A DNA stretch of 36,228 nucleotides from contig JBHHYO010000020.1 in NCBI GenBank assembly GCA_046757665.1, forward strand, positions 1-36,228, in the 5' to 3' direction. Below are positions 27,611 to 34,244 of this stretch, piece by piece. This DNA comes from Nitrospinales bacterium. Lineage in GTDB: Bacteria; Nitrospinota; Nitrospinia; Nitrospinales; JAJDAT01. Every line of letters starts with the position of its first letter. The first letter of the stretch is position 1. The translations under genes were made by a program, and so were the position numbers. Below the pieces are notes generated by a model. It was not told the origin of the DNA, ran no database searches, and saw only the letters and a list, made by a program, of their open reading frames with translations.

Positions 27611-28064
27611 GGAACACCTCGTCCACGTAGATATAAATGGATTGATTGATGACTTCGATCCGGTACGAGCGCAGAGGCGCCGGGGGCGGGCCTTTCAGCA
27701 CCTTTCCCCTGGCATCGAAAACTCCTCCGTGGCAGGGGCAGTAAAATATTTTCCGGTCCTGTTTCCAATGCACCCGGCATCCCAGGTGGGTGCATCGGCT
27801 GGAAAGAGCGATAAACTCTTCGCCGGTATTGGTGATGGCGATTTCCTGACCCTTCAGGTCCTTGAAATTCAGGTGATGCCCCGGCGGGATGCGGTCGATC
27901 GTGGCGACAAAAAGTTTCCGCGTCAGCTTTTTTGCGGGTGGCGGGATAAGATATTTGGCGGCATAAACACCCAACAGGGCAAAGCCGGCAAAAAGGCTGG
28001 AACCCATGAGTGCGTAAGAGAAAAACTCTCTCCTCGTTGCGCTCTTGTCCTCGATCTTTTTCAT
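27603..28064 (-). CDS. Rieske [2Fe-2S] subunit
   Basis: TRREFF Tat anchor, CTHLGC, CPCHGG and GPPPAPL; overlaps cytochrome b by 8 nt. Confidence 0.95.
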   Translation of the reverse strand: MKKIEDKSATRREFFSYALMGSSLFAGFALLGVYAAKYLIPPPAKKLTRKLFVATIDRIPPGHHLNFKDLKGQEIAITNTGEEFIALSSRCTHLGCRVHWKQDRKIFYCPCHGGVFDARGKVLKGPPPAPLRSYRIEVINQSIYIYVDEVFLA

Positions 28065-28092
28065 GTTACGCCTTTAGTGTAACCAGCAACAA

Positions 28093-28121
28093 CTTGTAGC
28101 AGTAGGAATAGTACATGTCAA
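28093..28121 (-). promoter_or_regulatory. Candidate sigma70 promoter for the Rieske/cytb/octaheme operon
   Basis: TTGACA (28121-28116), 17 nt spacer, TG-n-TACAAG (28098-28093). Confidence 0.55.
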
Positions 28122-28364
28122 GGCTCTCTTGGTCCCAAAGCATTCATATTTTGTACCAAAAGCCCCGGCGGTTCCCCTGTTCAAAAATTCCTGTTAAATC
28201 AAAGCGTTGCCGGGGTATGTTCGAACGCCGGGACGGGCTTCCCTGACACGGCCCGATAGTTATCAAAACCTTTTTGGGAAAATCCAAAAAATTTTGGGTC
28301 GGTAAAATACAACCCCTGGCATAAAAAATGTTTCCCCCTTGCCGCCGGAAAGGTAAAATGAAAC

Positions 28365-29018
28365 ATGATTGTCGATCTTAACCTGAAAGGCAGGCACGCC
28401 GTGGTCTTTGGCGGCGGCCGGGAAGCCGTCCGCAAGGTCGATGCGCTTTTGACCCAGGACTGCCGTGTCACCGTCGTCGCTGAATCGGTCGATGAAGAAC
28501 TCCGGCGCTGGGCGGCGGAAAAAAAAATCGACCTGCTCCAGCGGCGCGTCGAAAACGGCGACTGCCTGCGGCAGTTCGACAACCTGCTCCTGGTCATTGC
28601 CGCAACTGACGACGCCTCCCTGAACCGCCGTCTGGTGGAGACGGCAAAAGCGTTGTGCTGTTACGCTTATGCGGTGGACGATCCGGAGCACAGCGATTTC
28701 CGCCATCCCGCCGTGATCAACCTTTACGACACCGTGCAGATTGCCGTTTCCACCCAGGGCAAAAGCCCCCTCATGGCCGGGAAAATCCGCGACCGCATCG
28801 AACCGGTTCTCAGGAATCTGGTCACCAGGGAAGACATCCTGCAAATCCGGTTGCAGGAAAAAATGCGGACGGTCGCAAAACATGAATTGGCCGGCGCCGA
28901 CGCCAGAAAACGGTTCCTCGTGAATATGTTGCAGGACGAGGAGATCAAGAGCCTGCTGGAGCAGGGTAAACTGAAAGAAGCCGAAACCGCGGCCTTGAAT
29001 AAATTGCAACGCGGCTGA
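28365..29018 (+). CDS. Precorrin-2 dehydrogenase/sirohydrochlorin ferrochelatase (SirC/Met8/CysG N-terminal type)
   Basis: GGG..A.RK, IAATDD..LN, VDDP..SDF..PA and IAVSTQGKSP motifs. Confidence 0.92.
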   Translation: MIVDLNLKGRHAVVFGGGREAVRKVDALLTQDCRVTVVAESVDEELRRWAAEKKIDLLQRRVENGDCLRQFDNLLLVIAATDDASLNRRLVETAKALCCYAYAVDDPEHSDFRHPAVINLYDTVQIAVSTQGKSPLMAGKIRDRIEPVLRNLVTREDILQIRLQEKMRTVAKHELAGADARKRFLVNMLQDEEIKSLLEQGKLKEAETAALNKLQRG

Positions 29019-29050
29019 GTCCAACCCCCTTTATTCAAAGAAAAGAGGAC

Positions 29051-29296
29051 TTGGTGAATACCTCAAAACCAAAATTTCAAGTTGGACAACAAGTGCGTCA
29101 CAAGCTGTTCAATTACTGCGGCGTGGTTGTTGGCGTTGATCCCGAATTCCAGAGCACCGAGGAGTGGTATCAAATGATGGCCAAAACCCGGCCGCCCAAG
29201 GACAAGCCCTGGTATCACGTCATGGTCAGTGACGGGAACCGCCATACTTACGTGGCCGAGCGCAATCTCGAAATTGATCCGATCACTTTAAATTAA
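29051..29296 (+). CDS. hspQ: Heat shock protein HspQ (YccV-like), short form
   Basis: KFQVGQ.VRHKLF.Y.GVV..VDPEF, PWYHV and YVAERNL motifs. Confidence 0.88.
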   Translation: MVNTSKPKFQVGQQVRHKLFNYCGVVVGVDPEFQSTEEWYQMMAKTRPPKDKPWYHVMVSDGNRHTYVAERNLEIDPITLN

Positions 29297-29319
29297 CTCA
29301 CCTCCCGAAGAAAGGTCTT

Positions 29320-29493
29320 ATGGATACCGTTATTGCAATTGTGGTTGCCGCTTTTCTGGCATTCATGGTTTATTCGATGATTCGCTACGCCCGGTTTATT
29401 CACAACTACCCCCATGAAAGCCCGGAGGAGAAAAAGCGCACGGATGAAAACCCGCCACCGGCGGACCCTGACCGCCCATCGAAGGGAGAATGA
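29320..29493 (+). CDS. Small single-TM membrane protein (57 aa, absent from the ORF track)
   Basis: AAAGG-ATG; reads MDTVIAIVVAAFLAFMVYSMIRYARF...PSKGE; fills the gap between hspQ and the VOC gene. Confidence 0.7.
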   Translation: MDTVIAIVVAAFLAFMVYSMIRYARFIHNYPHESPEEKKRTDENPPPADPDRPSKGE

Positions 29494-29496
29494 GCC

Positions 29497-30096
29497 ATGA
29501 TCGAATCGGCCGATGAGTTTTTTTCGCGGTATATGAAGGCATATCTAGCGGAAAACCGGGCGGCCGGCCTGCTGGCCGAGTCTCTCAAACGTTGCGGCAC
29601 GGGCATCATGCCGCTGGTGGACCACTGCACCCTGCGGACCCGGGACGTTGACCGCCGGGCCAAACAGGTTGTGCAATTCGGATACCGCTACGACGACACC
29701 ATCGGCGTGCTGGAATTCGATAATTGGTGGGCAAAGGTTTATCGAAAACCGGGGTTCCCGGCATTGTTCATCGACCAGGCTTTTGCCGGCGAGCGGGGCA
29801 GGGACAGTCTGATCCCCGAATGGGTTGCGGCGCATGGAGAAGAATGTTTTCATCATATCGCCCTCCGGGTTGAGGATATCGACGCGGCTATCGACGCCAT
29901 GGAATCCCGCGGCGTCGAATTCGCCGGAACTATCGTTGGCGAAAAAGGCTCCGACCTGCGGCAGATTTTCACCCGTCCGGAATTAAGAGACGGCAAGGTT
30001 TTTACGGTTCTGGAACTCATCGAGCGGCACAACGGTTACGAGGGGTTTCTTCCTCCTCAGGCGGACGGCCTCATGCAGTCCACCCGCAAGCCATAG
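29497..30096 (+). CDS. VOC-superfamily metalloenzyme (HPPD/HglS-like)
   Basis: DHCTLRT, HHIALRVEDID, LRQIFT and LELIER..GF motifs. Confidence 0.8.
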   Translation: MIESADEFFSRYMKAYLAENRAAGLLAESLKRCGTGIMPLVDHCTLRTRDVDRRAKQVVQFGYRYDDTIGVLEFDNWWAKVYRKPGFPALFIDQAFAGERGRDSLIPEWVAAHGEECFHHIALRVEDIDAAIDAMESRGVEFAGTIVGEKGSDLRQIFTRPELRDGKVFTVLELIERHNGYEGFLPPQADGLMQSTRKP

Positions 30097-30129
30097 AGAC
30101 GCCGCTCATCTCTCCATGGAGGCGCTCCA

Positions 30130-31548
30130 GTGATTCGAAAAACCGATCCCCAGGCGATTGCGCCCTATTTAAAGGACGCCTCCAACTTCTCCGGCGGCCA
30201 GGCGGCGGAGGTGGTTATCCCGGAGACCGTAGCCGAGTTGGTCGATTTCCTGAAGACTAACCGGGAGCCGATTACGGTTGCCGGCGCGGGCACCGGGCTC
30301 ACCGCCTCGCGCATTCCCACCTCCGGCATCGTCGTCTCCATGGAGCGGTTGAATAAAATCGGCCCGCGGGAAAATTCCGTCATCACCGTGGAACCGGCGG
30401 TGCGGCTGGCCGAGCTGGAGACCCATTTGCGCTCCACCGCCTGGTTTTATCCTCCCAATCCCACGGAAATGCTGGCGTTCGTCGGCGGAACCATTGCCAC
30501 CAACGCCTCGGGGTCGCGGAGCTACAAGTTCGGAGCCACGCGGGACTACGTCGTTGAGCTTGAGGTGGTCCTGGCCGATGGCCGCCTGGCGCGTCCGGTC
30601 CGCGGCCAGACAATCGACACGCCGTTGGAATGCACCGGCGGCGCGGCGGTGCGCTTCCCCGATGTCCGCTACCACAGCCCGCCTTGCAAAAATGCCGCCG
30701 GCTATTACGTCCGTCCCGGCATGGACTGGATCGATCTTTTTGTCGGCTCGGACGGCACCCTGGGGATCATCACCCAGGCGAAATTACGGCTTTTGCCGCG
30801 GCCGGCGGATTTCATCAGCGGCGTGTTGTTTTTCAGCCAGGAGGAATTTTGCTGGCGGCTGGTAAAAACTTTCAAGGCCTGCATTCACCCCTCGATCCGC
30901 CCCTGCTCGCTGGAATATTTTGACCGGTATTCATTGCAGAGGCTGAAACCGGCCTACGGCGCCATACCCGCCCGCGCTGTCGCGGCTCTCTTTTTCGAGC
31001 AGGATGTGTCTGCCAAAGCGGATTACGATCCCTTATTGCAAGCCTGGTACGAGTTCCTTGAAGCGGAAGAGGTCTTGCTGGACGATTCCTGGTTCGCGCA
31101 AAGCCCCAGGGACCAAGAACATTTTTACCGCTTTCGCCACGAGATCCCCCTCATCCTGAATGAGGAAAACAGCCGCCTGGGGCGAGTGAAAATCGGCACC
31201 GACATGGCGGTGGGGGACGAACATTTTCTGGACATGATGCGGTTTTACCGGGACCAGCTCGAACGGAGCGGCCTGGACTATGTTGTGTTCGGTCACATTG
31301 GCGACAATCATCTCCACATTAACCTGTTGCCCGGCAGGGAGGAAGCCGCCGCCGCCCGCGACGCCTGCCAGGCTCTGGTCGATCAAATCCTGGCGTGGCG
31401 GGGCACCATCTCCGCGGAACACGGCGTCGGCAAGTTAAAGAAAGACTATTTCCGGCAAATGGTGGGGGAGGGCGCTCTGCGCGAACTGCGGCAGATCAAA
31501 ACGAGCCTCGACCCCGACGGACTGCTGGGCATCGGCAATATGCTGTAA
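30130..31548 (+). CDS. FAD-linked oxidase/2-hydroxyacid dehydrogenase (GlcD/D-lactate/D-2HG family)
   Basis: GAGTGL, GG..ATNASG, KNAAGY, GSDGTLG, GHIGDNHLH and SAEHGVG motifs. Confidence 0.9.
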   Translation: MIRKTDPQAIAPYLKDASNFSGGQAAEVVIPETVAELVDFLKTNREPITVAGAGTGLTASRIPTSGIVVSMERLNKIGPRENSVITVEPAVRLAELETHLRSTAWFYPPNPTEMLAFVGGTIATNASGSRSYKFGATRDYVVELEVVLADGRLARPVRGQTIDTPLECTGGAAVRFPDVRYHSPPCKNAAGYYVRPGMDWIDLFVGSDGTLGIITQAKLRLLPRPADFISGVLFFSQEEFCWRLVKTFKACIHPSIRPCSLEYFDRYSLQRLKPAYGAIPARAVAALFFEQDVSAKADYDPLLQAWYEFLEAEEVLLDDSWFAQSPRDQEHFYRFRHEIPLILNEENSRLGRVKIGTDMAVGDEHFLDMMRFYRDQLERSGLDYVVFGHIGDNHLHINLLPGREEAAAARDACQALVDQILAWRGTISAEHGVGKLKKDYFRQMVGEGALRELRQIKTSLDPDGLLGIGNML

Positions 31549-31568
31549 CCTCTCCGGAAACGGCCCGC

Positions 31569-32498
31569 TCAGTGTTCCCGGGGCGCAAGCATATCCGGGT
31601 TGGAGTAATTGACCAGGTTGGGAGAATTCCGGGCGCCTTCGCTGAGAATGAGCGTTTTGAGGTTGGTCAACGTTTTGCTTTCCGACAGAGCCTTGGCCCC
31701 TTCGGGTCCAAAACGATTTCTTGCAACGCGCAGTTCGGTCAAACCGGCGAGCGTCGTGGATTGGGCCAGCGCCTTGGCTCCCGGGTCGCCGAACAGGTTG
31801 TTGTCCAGGCGCAGTCTCTTGAGTCCCCGGACGGTTTCCGCGGCGGCCAGAAGCTCGATACCCGCGTCGGTGATTTTGTTGGAAGACAAAGTCAACTCCT
31901 CCATTCCGGCAAGGCCTGGCCATTGTACGAGGTCGGCCACGCCTGCGTCGTCAAGGTATCCCCTTTCCATGGAAAAGATTTTCAGTTTTAGAAGGCCGCG
32001 GCTCAAGGCCGCAACGGCCCCGTTGCCCACCTTGTTGTAATCCAGGTTGAGCGAGGTCAGCGTTTTAAAATTCGCGGAAGCCGCCAATTCGGAAATGGCG
32101 TCATCCGTCAGGCGGTTGTCGTTGAGCGTCAACACCTGGAGACGCTTGATACCCGGCTGTTGCAAGGCGGCGATATCCCGTATGCCCTCATCCGTAATGA
32201 AATTGATCCCAAGGTTGAGTTCGCGCAGATTCCCCAGCCGGTCGGATTCAAAAAGAATTCGCAACGCCGGAGCGGCGATTTGGTTGTCGCTTAAATCCAG
32301 CGACTCGACGCCGCAGACCCGTTCCGATTGAGTGATGACGGACAGCTCGTCGGTGGAAATATATTGTCCCGAAAGCTTCAGGAGCTTGCCGTTTTGCTTC
32401 AGTTGCTCGTGGATGATTTCCAGCAAACGGGCCTTCTTTTCCTCCAGGCCGGGCTGGCTACTCTCATATTCGGCGTTGCCGCCTCGAATAATAGCCAT
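31569..32498 (-). CDS. Leucine-rich repeat protein (RI-like, ~28-aa repeats)
   Basis: Repeated LxxLxLxxNxI/LxDxG units. Confidence 0.88.
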   Translation of the reverse strand: MAIIRGGNAEYESSQPGLEEKKARLLEIIHEQLKQNGKLLKLSGQYISTDELSVITQSERVCGVESLDLSDNQIAAPALRILFESDRLGNLRELNLGINFITDEGIRDIAALQQPGIKRLQVLTLNDNRLTDDAISELAASANFKTLTSLNLDYNKVGNGAVAALSRGLLKLKIFSMERGYLDDAGVADLVQWPGLAGMEELTLSSNKITDAGIELLAAAETVRGLKRLRLDNNLFGDPGAKALAQSTTLAGLTELRVARNRFGPEGAKALSESKTLTNLKTLILSEGARNSPNLVNYSNPDMLAPREH

Positions 32499-32618
32499 AA
32501 GCGCTCCCTGTGAAATATTAAAATAATTTAATGAGACGTTAATATTTATTTAATCTTATTTCCAATAAAATCAAACCGTTTATTATTGTTACTACTCAGC
32601 AAGGAGGTTCTTTGATTT

Positions 32619-32873
32619 ATGACGCTTTTTAAGACTCTCGATATTCGCGGTTTGCATTTTACCAACGGCTTTCAGCTGGCCGTGAAGGAATTCGGTGGCA
32701 TCAAGAAAAACGGGATATTGGAAATCATTCTTGACCGCAAAAAGAATTTCACCGAAGCCTTTAAAAACTGGGCACGGTCCAACGGTTACAATTTTTCGGA
32801 CGTCGATGACGGTAGCCGAATGATTCGCATTTTTATCAAAAAATGCAACTGCGGGATTAAGGCCAGAGCTTGA
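32619..32873 (+). CDS. TusA/SirA-like protein lacking the canonical CP motif
   Basis: TLDIRGL, G.LEII.D, W....G and I.I.K pattern; AAGGAGG ribosome-binding site. Confidence 0.7.
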   Translation: MTLFKTLDIRGLHFTNGFQLAVKEFGGIKKNGILEIILDRKKNFTEAFKNWARSNGYNFSDVDDGSRMIRIFIKKCNCGIKARA

Positions 32874-32890
32874 AATGACGACCGCTCCTC

Positions 32891-32991
32891 ACACCGGCTT
32901 TTCCGCTTGAAGTTTGAATACCGGGTTTTTCTACCCCCCGGGTTCGTGCTACTTGCAACTCCCTCCTCTGGAAAAGCCGGTGTTTTTTTTT
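32891..32991 (+). other. Long intergenic hairpin with 14-bp perfect terminal inverted repeat and a U-tract
   Basis: ACACCGGCTTTTCC (32891-32904) pairs with GGAAAAGCCGGTGT (32970-32983); inner CCGGG/CCCGG stem; a T-run follows. Confidence 0.7.
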
Positions 32992-33013
32992 CACTTGGCC
33001 ATCCCCCGGATTT

Positions 33014-33787
33014 CTACCCGCCAGAGCGGTTTTTTTGATATAAAATCAGGAGCCCGTCGAGAGTCAAGTCGAGATCGACGGCATCGATAATATCAAGCTG
33101 GGAAATGATCGATTTCGCAATCCCGCCGGTAGCGATGACTTTTGCCTGTTGTCCCAACTCTTGGCGCATTTTGGAAACAATATTGGTAATCATCCCGGAG
33201 AATCCATGGACGGCGCCCGATTTGATGCTTTCCTCGGTTGATTTGCCGATCACCCGCTCGGTAGCCGCCAAATCCACCCGCGGAAGTTTGGCGGTATTTT
33301 TAAACAGCGCTTCCATGGAGATGTTGATTCCCGGGAAAATCGCGCCTCCGAGGTATTCGCCTTTTGCCGATATGGCATCGAACGTGGTGGCCGTGCCGAA
33401 ATCGACAATGATCAACGGCCCGCCGTATTTTTCATGCGCCGCCACGGCGTTGACAATACGGTCCGCCCCCACTTCCAGGGGGTTATGATACAATATCGAA
33501 ATTCCGGTTTTTATTCCCGGCCCGACCAGCAGAGGCCGACACGAAAAATATTTCAGCGACATCTCCTCCAAAACGGGTATCAATGGCGGAACAACGCAGG
33601 CAATGATGATATCGTCGATGGTCTCGGCATCAACCGAGTTCAGCACGATGAATTCCTTGATCAATACCCAGTACTCGTCCGCGGTGCGGTTCCATTCCGT
33701 GCGGATGCGCCAGTTCGTCAAGAGCCGGTCATGGGAAAATAAACCGATTAAATTATTGGTGTTGCCGACATCAATGGCAAGTAGCAT
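33014..33787 (-). CDS. coaX: Type III pantothenate kinase
   Basis: AIDVGNTN, GADR, VDFGTATT, GGAIFPG and ATGG motifs. Confidence 0.95.
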   Translation of the reverse strand: MLLAIDVGNTNNLIGLFSHDRLLTNWRIRTEWNRTADEYWVLIKEFIVLNSVDAETIDDIIIACVVPPLIPVLEEMSLKYFSCRPLLVGPGIKTGISILYHNPLEVGADRIVNAVAAHEKYGGPLIIVDFGTATTFDAISAKGEYLGGAIFPGINISMEALFKNTAKLPRVDLAATERVIGKSTEESIKSGAVHGFSGMITNIVSKMRQELGQQAKVIATGGIAKSIISQLDIIDAVDLDLTLDGLLILYQKNRSGG

Positions 33788-33825
33788 GACTCTCCATAAA
33801 ATTGTTTGACGGTGACGAGCGAAAA

Positions 33826-34206
33826 ATGCCGAAGCGGATCTTTCTTATTATTGTCGGTATTATGACGCAGGTTGTGTTTGCCTCCATCGGATACGCGCAG
33901 TATGAATGCGTCCGCGGCGATTGCATCAACGGCACCGGAAAACTGGCCGTTAAAGACAGCGCCGCGTACCTGGAAGGCCGGTTCGTCAACGGCGTTCATG
34001 TTGAAGGCAAAGTCGTCTTCCCCAGCGGCACGATTTTTCAGGGAATTTTCAAGGATCATAAACTGGTTCAAGGAACAAAAAAGTTTGCCAACGGCCAGAC
34101 CTTGCAAGGAAAATTCATTGAGAACGTCCTTGTCGATGGCATCTTCACCGACGCCAACGGCGTTTCACGGCCGGTCAAACTGAAACCGCTGGACTCAAAA
34201 AAATAG
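33826..34206 (+). CDS. Exported MORN-repeat-like hypothetical protein
   Basis: Signal peptide, CVRGDCINGTG, and repeated F/LxGxFxxG units. Confidence 0.7.
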   Translation: MPKRIFLIIVGIMTQVVFASIGYAQYECVRGDCINGTGKLAVKDSAAYLEGRFVNGVHVEGKVVFPSGTIFQGIFKDHKLVQGTKKFANGQTLQGKFIENVLVDGIFTDANGVSRPVKLKPLDSKK

Positions 34207-34244
34207 CTTCGCCGTAAAAGTTTGCGATTGTCATATATTATAGC

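Noticed and set aside
28317-28333. Possible sigma54 promoter TGGCAT-N5-ATGT upstream of the sirC-like gene
   Set aside because: The -12 element is GT rather than the conserved GC, so support is insufficient.
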